Shown piece after piece: positions 40,999 to 50,210 of a stretch of 64,000 nucleotides of DNA. The stretch comes from an uncultured Gammaproteobacteria bacterium (lineage in GTDB: Bacteria > Pseudomonadota > Gammaproteobacteria > UBA9214). Made by a program: the position numbers and the translations under genes. Each line of letters starts with the position of its first letter. Position 1 is the stretch's first letter. Below the pieces are notes generated by a model. That model was not told where the DNA came from, made no database searches, and saw nothing but the letters and a program-made list of their open reading frames with translations. The stretch spans positions 281,055 through 345,054 of the forward strand of contig CAVWDM010000013.1 of assembly GCA_963753755.1 (NCBI GenBank). Direction: 5' to 3'.

Positions 40999-41817
40999 CA
41001 GTGTATCGCTGCCCCGTGGTTTTTTCAGATCGCTATCGAGGAAGCCGGTTTACAGCTCTGCTCCGGCACATTCCGATACCAGCAGCGTGACGGGGCGGTT
41101 GTAATCGTTGGTCGTGTTACTGCCGTGATACTGAGTGACGATTGAGCAGTATCCCGGTTTGCGTCGTTTACGAAGCGGGGACCTGGTGATGCGAGCCTTG
41201 AGGTTGTGTTGCTGATAATAGAGCCAGACCGACATTTCGATGTCCATCGGGTGTTTCCTTGTCAGAAGCGATTCACCTTGCCAGCCAGTGCCGAGGGGTG
41301 TGATGTTTATGCAGTTTTCGGACAGGCGTCTTTCGGGTTTGATGTCAACATCATCAATGACACCGCTGGTTGAATGCAGGGGTTCTCCGATGGTATCTGG
41401 TTTTGATTATCCCTGGAGTGCGTGATGGGCCTGTTCGCTAAAACCACCATGATCATTCTTGCGAATAATCCAGGAAATGGCGAATAGACAGAACGACGAG
41501 CGAGACAAGCGCAAATATCTGTTAATATCAGAGTCTGGCAGGTGCCGCTGCTCGTAGAGGTAGCATGAACTTTATTGATCTATATCAACTGCCTGCCACT
41601 CGATAAGCGGTATTTTGTAGATAGTTGGACGTTTCTGGGTCTTCATCACGGTTGCTGACATTGCGACTGCTGCAGGGTGATTGATCTCGAACACAAACAT
41701 ATAAAAACGATAGTAGCAGCGCTTGCAGAACTACAATCAGCCTGACTCCCGAAGCTGGCCAGTACGGCATTAAGCTGGATTATTTGGAAACAGGCGGGTT
41801 ATGCTTGCTAGTCTACC

Positions 41818-42828
41818 GTGCAGGAGAGTAATGCCTTGTTTAATCCCACCAGACCAGCCAATGATCGCCGCCTGAATTCCTCTCTACTGGACGGCGTCCG
41901 CAAACATCTAGCCTCCAGGGTCGTCGGCCAACGCGATCTCGTCGACAGCATGCTCATCTGCCTGCTGAGTAAAGGACACGTGCTGGTGGAGGGCATGCCC
42001 GGACTGGCGAAGACAACCGCGGTAAAGACGCTGGCAGAGGCTATCGAGGGTGACTATCATCGCGTCCAGTTTACCCCGGACCTGTTGCCATCCGACCTTG
42101 TCGGTACCGATATCTACCGCCATGAAAAGGGTGAATTCGAATTCCGGGCCGGTCCCCTGTTCCACAATATTCTGCTGGCGGACGAGGTCAACCGGGCACC
42201 AGCGAAAGTACAGTCAGCGCTGCTCGAGGCGATGGGTGAATGTCAGGTCACGGTCGGTCTGAAAACCTATACCATGCCGAAACTGTTCATGGTACTTGCC
42301 ACCCAGAACCCAATCGAACAGGAAGGTACCTACAATCTTCCGGAAGCACAGCTGGACAGATTCCTGATGCATGTGCGTGTCGATTACCCCAGTCGTGACG
42401 AGGAACTGGCGATCCTGGAACTCGACAGTAACCAGCAACTGGCAGCGCCGCCGCCGCCCGCCGAGGTGCTTTCCCAGCAGCAACTGTTCAGGCTGCGGGA
42501 AGATACGGCAAAACTCTATCTGGATCCAAAGCTGAACCATTATATCGTCGATCTGGTGCAGGCCAGCCGCAAACCGGAGGCCTATGACGAGGGACTGAAA
42601 CGCTGGTGCCGCATTGGTGCATCGCCGCGCGCAACCATTGCGCTGGCACGCTGCGCCCGTGCTCGTGCGTGGATGGACGGTGAAGAGTTCGTTGCTCCTC
42701 ACCATATCCAGGCAGTGGCGCCGGACGTACTCCGGCACCGCATCCTGCTGACCTTCGAGGGTGAAGCGGAAGGGGTGACGAGTGATGATTATATCAGGCG
42801 TCTGCTGGAGGTCGTGGCGATCCCGTGA
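41818..42828 (+). CDS. MoxR-family AAA+ ATPase
   Basis: Walker A GMPGLAKT, Walker B LLADEVNRA, sensor regions; first gene of a Bat-type operon. Start codon uncertain (GTG). Confidence 0.85.
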   Translation: MQESNALFNPTRPANDRRLNSSLLDGVRKHLASRVVGQRDLVDSMLICLLSKGHVLVEGMPGLAKTTAVKTLAEAIEGDYHRVQFTPDLLPSDLVGTDIYRHEKGEFEFRAGPLFHNILLADEVNRAPAKVQSALLEAMGECQVTVGLKTYTMPKLFMVLATQNPIEQEGTYNLPEAQLDRFLMHVRVDYPSRDEELAILELDSNQQLAAPPPPAEVLSQQQLFRLREDTAKLYLDPKLNHYIVDLVQASRKPEAYDEGLKRWCRIGASPRATIALARCARARAWMDGEEFVAPHHIQAVAPDVLRHRILLTFEGEAEGVTSDDYIRRLLEVVAIP

Positions 42829-42883
42829 TTGCCGGCATTATTACCCGCAGAGGGCCTGACATACTATTGACGGTGGTCACACA

Positions 42884-43795
42884 ATGAGTCTCCAGCCACA
42901 ACTTGATGACCTGCTGGAACTTCGCCACCAGGCACGTACCCTGGGTGTGGCGGCACATCATCTCGTTAATTCTACCTTTACCGGCCTCTATGCCTCGGTA
43001 TTTCGCGGTACCGGTCTCGACTTCGACGAGGTTCGCGAATATCGCGAAGGTGATGACATTCGCAACATGGACTGGCTGGTCACCGCGCGCACCAACACGC
43101 CACATCTCAAGATCTTCCGCGAAGAGCGGCAACGCAGCGTCATACTGTGCATCGACATGGGGCCGCACATGAACTTCGGCACCCGCGGTACCTTCAAGTC
43201 AATACAGGCCGCGCGTGTTGCGGCACTGATCGGCTGGGCAGCCAGCAAGCAGCATGATCGTGTCGGTGGCGTGCTGTTCGGCAATCCGGCGACGGGTATC
43301 CGTTATTTCCGGGCTACGCCGGGGCGCCGCGGACTGTGGCGCTTGCTGCGCGCATTGACGCAGCCGATCGAGCAGGGCGATACCGATGAGTCTCAGTTGA
43401 TGGCCGCATTGCAACATATGGACAGTGGCACCGGCACCGGTTCTCTGATCTTTGTCATTGCCCCCATCAATCAGGTCACCGCCGGTTTTGAACGTATCGT
43501 CGGCAGCCTGAAACAGCGCCATGATGTCGTTCTGTTGCCAGTCGATGACCCGGCTGATCGTGACCTGCCCTCAATGGGGCCGGTCATCTTCTCCAATGCA
43601 GCCGGTGAACTTCTGGAGGTTGATACGGACAGCGAGGCCGGCCGAGAGGCCTTTCGTCTCGACTGGGAACAACGCCGCGATGAGCTGCAGCAGTTGTCTT
43701 TTCGACTGAAACTGGGACTGATTCCGGTGAGTACCAACGAGGATGTGCATCAGTCGCTCGTCACTGGATTGCGTCACTACGCAGGCAGGCGCTAG
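42884..43795 (+). CDS. DUF58 (MoxR-associated, VWA-like) protein
   Basis: LDFDEVREYREGDDIRNMDWLVTART... is the DUF58 signature. Confidence 0.8.
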   Translation: MSLQPQLDDLLELRHQARTLGVAAHHLVNSTFTGLYASVFRGTGLDFDEVREYREGDDIRNMDWLVTARTNTPHLKIFREERQRSVILCIDMGPHMNFGTRGTFKSIQAARVAALIGWAASKQHDRVGGVLFGNPATGIRYFRATPGRRGLWRLLRALTQPIEQGDTDESQLMAALQHMDSGTGTGSLIFVIAPINQVTAGFERIVGSLKQRHDVVLLPVDDPADRDLPSMGPVIFSNAAGELLEVDTDSEAGREAFRLDWEQRRDELQQLSFRLKLGLIPVSTNEDVHQSLVTGLRHYAGRR

Positions 43796-43802
43796 CCACA
43801 GC

Positions 43803-44369
43803 ATGGACACCGGGGCGACAGTGTTACGCGATATCCACGGTCTTGATGCGGCCCCCTGGTGGCCGTTGGCACCTGGCTGGTGGTATCTCGCAGGACTTGT
43901 CTGTCTGCTGCTGTTGCTCATCGGGCTTCGCTACTGGTTGTTCTATCACGCTGGCTGGCTTGGCTGGCGTGGCGATGCACGCCGTCAGCTGCGCGGATTG
44001 AAAAAGTCTCTGGCCACTGAAGACACGCATGCCGTCGCCGGCCGCTTGTCGGAACTGTTGCGTCGTATCGCCATGGTGCGCAGCGGCCGGCAGCAGGCAG
44101 CCGGCCTGACGGGTGACCGCTGGCTGCTGTGGCTGGCCAAGCAGGATAACAGCGGGTTTGACTGGGAACGGCATGGACAGATTCTTCTCACGGCACCCTA
44201 CATGCCACCGGCAATGGCCGTTGAGCGAAACGAATTGGCCACCCTGATCCGGGCAGCCACCCGCTGGATCGACACCTCCGTACCTGAAAAACGAAATACG
44301 GGTCTTTCACAGCGGCTCAAGGAACTGTTACCGGGTATGCCACGTCAAGATGGAGCACGTCGTGTTTAG
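43803..44369 (+). CDS. DUF4381-like single-TM protein of the Bat operon
   Basis: PWWPLAPGWWYL + TM helix typical of the small membrane protein that follows DUF58. The ORF track starts at 43743; ATG 43803 chosen because it follows the DUF58 stop. Confidence 0.6.
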   Translation: MDTGATVLRDIHGLDAAPWWPLAPGWWYLAGLVCLLLLLIGLRYWLFYHAGWLGWRGDARRQLRGLKKSLATEDTHAVAGRLSELLRRIAMVRSGRQQAAGLTGDRWLLWLAKQDNSGFDWERHGQILLTAPYMPPAMAVERNELATLIRAATRWIDTSVPEKRNTGLSQRLKELLPGMPRQDGARRV

Positions 44370-45399
44370 TTTCCACTGGCCCTGGTTTGCACTGCTGTTG
44401 CCGTTGCCCTTGCTTATCTGGAAGTTCTGGCTTCGACCGCATGGAGCCACGGATGCCTATACCCATGCGGATCGCAGCACACTGTTGCATCCGGCACTGG
44501 GAAGACTGGCGTCAACATTCGTTAGCTCCCGCTCTCTTACCCATGCCGGCAGCCGACTGCAGATCTTCATGCTGTCACTGTTATGGATGGCGCTGGTGGT
44601 GTGCCTGATGCGTCCGCAGTGGCTGGAACCGTACACGGAAATCCGTACCGAGGGTTATGACCTGATGCTGGCGATTGATACCTCGCGCTCCATGGAGGCG
44701 CTGGACTTCAGCGTTGAAGGCCGGCAGGTTACCCGCATGGCGGTGGTCAAGGGTGTCATCGGGCGATTTATCAAGGCCCGCGATGGTGACCGTATCGGGC
44801 TGGTGGCGTTCGGCAGCCAGGCATTCGTTCTGTCTCCCATGACACTGGATAATCAAGCCGTGTACAGCCTGGTAGACAACCTCGTGTCGCGCATGGCCGG
44901 TGACGGTACCGCGATCGGTGATGCCATCGGGCTGGGCGTGAAAAAATTACGCGATCGTCCCGAGGGATCAAGGATCCTGATTCTGGTGACGGATGGTGAA
45001 AATACCGAGGGTAGTCTGCCGCCGAGACTGGCTGCACAACTGGCCGCACACGAAGGCATCCGTATCTATACCATTGGTGTTGGCAGCAAGGGGCTGGTGC
45101 CGTTTATGGAAAATGGCCTCATGACCCAGGTGAAGATGGAAATTGACGAGGACTTGTTAACCGAGGTCGCGAGCATTACCGGCGGCGAATATTTCCGCGC
45201 AACAGATACCGATGCACTGGAGCAGATCTACCAGCGCATCGATGCGCTGGAAAAAACCCAGGCTGAATCACGCACAGTCATGATTGCCCGACCGCTGTAC
45301 CGCTGGCCGCTGGCGCTGGCGCTGCTGGCGTTGTTGTTGCTTGGTCTTTTTCCAGACGGTATTCCACGTGCCTGGCTGACGCGGAGGGCACATGGCTGA
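44350..45399 (+). CDS. BatA-like VWA-domain membrane protein
   Basis: N-terminal TMs, then a VWA MIDAS motif (LAIDTSRSM...). Confidence 0.8.
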   Translation: MEHVVFSFHWPWFALLLPLPLLIWKFWLRPHGATDAYTHADRSTLLHPALGRLASTFVSSRSLTHAGSRLQIFMLSLLWMALVVCLMRPQWLEPYTEIRTEGYDLMLAIDTSRSMEALDFSVEGRQVTRMAVVKGVIGRFIKARDGDRIGLVAFGSQAFVLSPMTLDNQAVYSLVDNLVSRMAGDGTAIGDAIGLGVKKLRDRPEGSRILILVTDGENTEGSLPPRLAAQLAAHEGIRIYTIGVGSKGLVPFMENGLMTQVKMEIDEDLLTEVASITGGEYFRATDTDALEQIYQRIDALEKTQAESRTVMIARPLYRWPLALALLALLLLGLFPDGIPRAWLTRRAHG

Positions 45400-46426
45400 A
45401 CTGCTGGACGCCTTTCACTTTAGCGAACCGGCCTGGCTGTGGGCGCTGCTGTTGTGCGTGCCGGTTGCCGGCTGGCTGTTGCTGTTCAGACACCTGACCG
45501 GCAATAACGAACGCATTCAGCAATACGCCGATGCCCACTTGTTGCCCCACTTGCTGGGACGTTCGACGGCTTCCTCGAGCACCCAGTGGCGACGCTATGC
45601 GCGCTGGGTTGGCCTGTGGACGCTGCTGGTGCTGGCCATGGCTGGACCCCGCTGGGGATTTACCGACGTGCAATTATTCAGGCCGGGTACCAACCTGCTG
45701 ATACTAATGGATATATCGCGGTCAATGCAGGTGGCGGATGTGCGTCCGTCACGACTGGCACGGGCGCGTCAGGAGGTTGAAGACCTGCTGAACCAGAACC
45801 GTGGTGTCCGGGTCGGACTCATTGGTTTTGCATCGGTTGCGCATGTGGTGTCACCGGTCACCGAGGATATGCGCGGTATAAGCCGGGTGTTGTCCGCCCT
45901 CGATACCAGTCTGGTCAGGCTGCAGGGTAGCCGTTTGCTATCTGCGTTGGACCGGGCGCAGGAACTGCTTGCCGGGCAGCCGGCAGAAAGTGTTAATTCG
46001 ATACTCATTATCAGCGACGGCGATTTCGAGGAACCGGGTCTGGAGCAACGCCTCGAAGAACTGGCTGCTGCGGGAATACGGGTGCATGTCCTTGGTGTCG
46101 GTACGCCGGAGGGTGATGCGGTCCCCGGCCAGGGACGCGACAATCCCTGGATTATGAACAGGACCGGTCAGCCAGTGATCTCATCGCTCAATGAACCCTT
46201 GCTGAAATCCCTGGCAAAGGCCGGCAATGGGATCTACCAGCGTGCCGATTACCGTGAAAAGGATACCGGCAGGATCCTTGCCGAAGTCAAGGCACAGGCG
46301 TTGCCCGATACGGACCGCGATGAACGGACACGGGTCTGGAATGAACGCTATTTTTGGCTGACCGGCCTGGCACTGCTCTTGTTGCTACCCATGTTTCGTC
46401 GAAACCAGTCGGTAAACCGTTTGTGA
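45392..46426 (+). CDS. BatB-like VWA-domain membrane protein
   Basis: MIDAS LMDISRSM, TM helices at both ends. Confidence 0.8.
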   Translation: MAELLDAFHFSEPAWLWALLLCVPVAGWLLLFRHLTGNNERIQQYADAHLLPHLLGRSTASSSTQWRRYARWVGLWTLLVLAMAGPRWGFTDVQLFRPGTNLLILMDISRSMQVADVRPSRLARARQEVEDLLNQNRGVRVGLIGFASVAHVVSPVTEDMRGISRVLSALDTSLVRLQGSRLLSALDRAQELLAGQPAESVNSILIISDGDFEEPGLEQRLEELAAAGIRVHVLGVGTPEGDAVPGQGRDNPWIMNRTGQPVISSLNEPLLKSLAKAGNGIYQRADYREKDTGRILAEVKAQALPDTDRDERTRVWNERYFWLTGLALLLLLPMFRRNQSVNRL

Positions 46427-48206
46427 AACGCACGACTGCAAACACACGAGGTGCTATTGCCGGGCGGACCTGCTGTAGCCGGGCATCGTTAGTGCTTTGC
46501 TGCCTGTTCTTTACATCCGTCGTTAATGCAGCCTGGTTCAAGAACCCGGAACAGCAAGCGGTGGAAAAATTCGAACAGGGTGAATACAGCGACGCGGCCA
46601 GTGAATTTACTGATAATTACCGTCGCGGCGTCGCACTGTACCGCGCGGGTCACTATACGGATGCCGGTGAGGCCTTTGCCAGTGTTGAACGTGAAGAAGT
46701 CAAGGCAGATGCCCTTTATAACCTGGGTAATACCCGCTACAAGCGCAGTGATTATGCCGGTGCGGTCGATGCGTACACGGCATCGCTGGTGCTGCAACCT
46801 GATGATGAAGATACACTGCATAATCTGGCACTGGCCAAGAAGATGCTTGAGCAGAGCCTGACGGAAGAGTTCGAGGAACAGGAGAGCGAGGAGCAGACGC
46901 AGGAACAGGAGGAAGAACAGGCATCCGAGGAATCCAGCGGGGATGAGGAGCAGGAACAGGAGTCCGAGGAGTCTTCCGGGGAGCAGGAACAGGAGTCCGA
47001 GGAGTCTTCCGGGGAGCAGGAACAGGAGTCCGAGGAGTCTTCCGGGGAGCAGGAACAGGAGTCCGAGGAGTCTTCCGGGGAGCAGGAACAGGAGTCCGAG
47101 GAGTCTTCCGGGGAGCAGGAACAGGAGTCCGAGGAATCTTCCGGGGAGCAGGAACAGGAGTCCGAGGAATCCTCCGGGGAGCAGGAACAGGAGTCCGAGG
47201 AGTCTTCCGGGGAGCAGGAACAGGAGTCCGAGGAATCCTCCGGGGAGCAGGAACAGGAGTCCGAGGAGTCCTCCGGGGAGCAGGAACAGGAGTCTGAGGA
47301 TCCTCCGGTGACCAGGAACAGGAGTCCGAGGCCTCCGGGGATCAGGAGCAGGAGTCCGAGGGCTCCTCCGGGGATCAGGAGCAGGAGTCCGAGGATGCCT
47401 CCGGGGATCAGGAGCAGGAGTCCGAAGGCTCATCCGGTGATCAGGAGCAGGAATCCGAGGATGCCTCCGGGGATCAGGAGCAGGAGTCCGAAGGCTCATC
47501 CGGTGATCAGGAACAGGTATCCGAGGATGCCTCCGGCGACCAGGAAGATGAATCCGAGGATGCCTCGGGTGACAAGGAGCAGGAGCCGGAAGGTGCCGCG
47601 GGAGCGGAAGAAAAGGATGCCGAGGATGCCGAGAGCGGCCAGCAGGAGGAAACTGATGATGCCAGTGGCGGCATGGAGCAGCAGCAGGAGGATGCCGCCG
47701 GTGGTGAGGAAGAACCTGAAAAACAAGCGGGAGAAGGTGAGGATCAGCAGGAAGAGGGCAATTTAGGCGAGCAAGGCAATGAAAATGATGGTAATCTAGC
47801 TATAGACAATACTGATAAAGGTGCCGCCGCAGATGAAACGGGTGACGCTGGAGGAGGTGAAGAAGAGCGGGATCCGCTAGAGGCCGGAATCTCGTCAGAA
47901 CAGCCAGCCGGTCCGGGTGGTACCCCTGAAGAGATTTCCGAGGAGGAGGCCGCCGCCAGCCAGGCCGTGGACCAGTTTGACCAGATGGGTCCAGGTCCGG
48001 GTGAAGAAGATCCTGATGCATTACCGGCCGGCCTGCCTGATGAAGATGCGGTTCCCGGAACCGGTATCTCCATGATCATGATGGATCAATGGCTGGAACA
48101 AATAGAAGGTGACCCTGCTTACCTGTTACGGAACCAGTTTTTGCTCGAGGAACGGCAGGAACTTGAGCAACGAGGACGCGAGCTGATGGAATCGCGACCA
48201 TGGTAA
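46423..48206 (+). CDS. BatC-like TPR protein carrying a long acidic tandem-repeat (SGEQEQESEES)n region; reading frame shifts by -1 near 47300
   Basis: Signal peptide, then TPR units (YRAGHYTDAGEAF.., YNLGNTRYKRSDYAGAVDAY), then 11 x 33-nt near-perfect repeats, then about 7 x 36-nt repeats. The acidic frame continues in the frame of ORF 47673..48206 after a 1-nt shortfall at the unit 47278-47309. GTG start uncertain; the ORF track starts at 46354. Confidence 0.6.
46946..47560 (+). repeat. coding tandem repeat (VNTR): 33-nt unit GAGCAGGAACAGGAGTCCGAGGAGTCTTCCGGG x about 11, then a related 36-nt unit x about 7
   Basis: Read directly from the sequence; the units are nearly identical, with a few third-position variants. 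Confidence 0.85.
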
Positions 48207-48296
48207 TGGCTGCAGCGTGGACAGGTCATGCCGCACCGGGGGGGGGTAATGTTTTACCGAAATAATAAAGTGGCAGGAGCGATCAAATTGAATCTC

Positions 48297-49991
48297 ATGA
48301 ATTGCCTACGAATCACGACCAGTTGTTTGTTTGTCGGACTCCTGACGACTACCAGTGTACAGGCCGCCGGATTCTCATTTGGCCCCAGCAATGCACCAGC
48401 AAAGCATTCGCGCACCACGACTAACAGGCCCTGGGGTAATATCGAGGCGTTCAAACCCGGCTTGACGAGCGAGCAGCCACCGGCAATGCCTGGCGCCCCG
48501 CAATATCTCGGCGCTGCACCCGGCACCGGATGGTATCCGGCACAGATGCAGGGGGGCGAGAGTCCAGCTGTTGCCAGACAACCGGTTGTTGAGACTGAAA
48601 TAAACGGTTCGGTGTTTTACGAGCAACAGAATATCGTGTACACGGTTCGGGTTGTCAGCAGCGATAACCTCAAGACGCTAACCCCCGTCATTCCGCGCAT
48701 CAAGGGTGCGATAATGGAACAGGTCGATGGGCCCGTCGCCACGACGCGCAAGTCATGGAAGGACAGTTCTCGCGAAATTGTCAACGAATACCGCTTCAAA
48801 CTGACACCGTTACGATCCGGTGAAATCGTTGTTCCTGCCATTGAGTTTAGCGGTACCCACGTTGCAAACCAGCAATGGAATGGTGCGCCGGGCAGACCGG
48901 CCGGCAGCGGTGCCGAAAAGAGCTTTAACATTGCTGCCGACAGCCCAATGATTATACAGGCGCTGCCTGCTGATCCCTTTGTTGCACCCTGGTTGCCGCT
49001 GCATGATCTGAAACTGCAGATGCAGATGGCCGATAATGCCCCCGCCAAGGCGGGTGTTCCCGTCACACTGACGCTTGAGTTGACCGCCAGGGGAGCACTG
49101 GGTACACAATTGCCTTCACTGGAAAAGCAGATCAAGAGCGAACACTTCCGGGCTTACCGGGACTCGGTGACTACCAGTAATGGTATTTCCAGTGATGGCA
49201 AGAAATTACTTGGTAGCCGCAAGGAAACCTACACGATCATCCCGCTGCAGGATGGCTGGATACACCTGCCGACAATTCAGCTTGCCTGGTGGGATGTGGA
49301 TGCAGATAAACCCATGCTTGCCGGGTTACCCGGTCAGGAAGTTGCTGCCGACGCTGTGGTGGCGAGTCGCACTGTAAATGCGAACGCCGGCGAACAGGGG
49401 CTATTCGCCGTGTATTTCTGGGCGCCACTGTTAATTGTCATGGGGTTGATCGTTGGCTATTGGCTGGGTGCCTGGGCACGTACCCGACCGTTCTTCAAGT
49501 CAGCCAGTAGCAAGGCGGGCAGCTGGTTGTCTGCATCAGGACAAAGCGTTGTGCAGCACACAGTGGCGGCGGGCAAGCAGCTTTCTCCCATGCCCCACCT
49601 GAATAAATTACGCATGAATTTCGCGTTTATCATACCAAGACCCGTCAAGTTGTGGTTATGTGTTCGTTGCCTTGAAAGTGAAGACAAGCCTGAGGTATGG
49701 TGCACTGAGTTCAGATCCCGTATATGCAGGCACCTCGATATTTCCAGTCACGCCCCCATATCCGCTATCGCCGAGAAAATCATTGAGGTACAGCCAACGG
49801 CACAACCAGCCAGGTTGCGTGACCTGGCGCAGACAATGGACAACGCACTCTATGGTGCCGGAGTGCTGGATTTTTCAGACTGGAAGAAAGACCTCAGAAG
49901 GCAGTTACGCCCGCGTCTGTATCGCAGTCGCCGATCGGCTCAACGGCGCGCACGGCGTGAACTTCCCGCGCTGAATCCGCATGTGGCATGA
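48297..49991 (+). CDS. BatD-like protein (signal peptide, large periplasmic domain, C-terminal TM)
   Basis: Last gene of the Bat operon, with a signal peptide and a C-terminal TM helix (GLFAVYFWAPLLIVMGLIVGYWLGAW). The ORF track starts at 48228; the start was set at the signal-peptide ATG. Confidence 0.65.
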   Translation: MNCLRITTSCLFVGLLTTTSVQAAGFSFGPSNAPAKHSRTTTNRPWGNIEAFKPGLTSEQPPAMPGAPQYLGAAPGTGWYPAQMQGGESPAVARQPVVETEINGSVFYEQQNIVYTVRVVSSDNLKTLTPVIPRIKGAIMEQVDGPVATTRKSWKDSSREIVNEYRFKLTPLRSGEIVVPAIEFSGTHVANQQWNGAPGRPAGSGAEKSFNIAADSPMIIQALPADPFVAPWLPLHDLKLQMQMADNAPAKAGVPVTLTLELTARGALGTQLPSLEKQIKSEHFRAYRDSVTTSNGISSDGKKLLGSRKETYTIIPLQDGWIHLPTIQLAWWDVDADKPMLAGLPGQEVAADAVVASRTVNANAGEQGLFAVYFWAPLLIVMGLIVGYWLGAWARTRPFFKSASSKAGSWLSASGQSVVQHTVAAGKQLSPMPHLNKLRMNFAFIIPRPVKLWLCVRCLESEDKPEVWCTEFRSRICRHLDISSHAPISAIAEKIIEVQPTAQPARLRDLAQTMDNALYGAGVLDFSDWKKDLRRQLRPRLYRSRRSAQRRARRELPALNPHVA

Positions 49992-50019
49992 CACACCGGC
50001 GGGATTATTCGGGAGACGC

Positions 50020-50165
50020 TGATTAATTCGTCATTCCGGGCGGAGCGCAGCGGAGACCCGGAACCCAGTGGCTTTTATTCAATGTGTCCCCCCTGCGGGT
50101 TGCCCTTTTGAGCGTTCAATATGCTGCCCGCACTTCTCCCGCCTACGCGGGAATGACGAAAAACA
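50020..50165. repeat. about 145-bp element bounded by imperfect 14–22-bp inverted repeats (TTCGTCATTCCGGGCGG ... CCGCCTACGCGGGAATGACGAA): candidate MITE/REP-like element or structured RNA
   Basis: Inverted repeats are visible in the intergenic DNA between batD and the convergent membrane-protein gene. Confidence 0.45.
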
Positions 50166-50210
50166 GGATTAGTCAGCGTTTCCCGGTGTTGTCCGGTATC
50201 AGGGCACAAT

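Noticed and set aside
41050-41247. 65-aa minus-strand ORF just downstream of radA
   Set aside because: No RBS, no recognisable motif, odd composition. It may be spurious; it was not called as a gene.
46489-47499. 336-aa minus-strand ORF (LLGLLFLLPG repeats), and plus-strand ORF 46943..47311 (RSPRSLPGS repeats)
   Set aside because: Alternative-frame or antisense readings of the acidic tandem repeat. They are periodic artefacts of the 33-nt unit.
46946-47560. CRISPR array, because of regular 33/36-nt tandem repeats
   Set aside because: The repeats are contiguous with no unique spacers, lie in-frame within a protein-coding gene, and encode an acidic peptide repeat.
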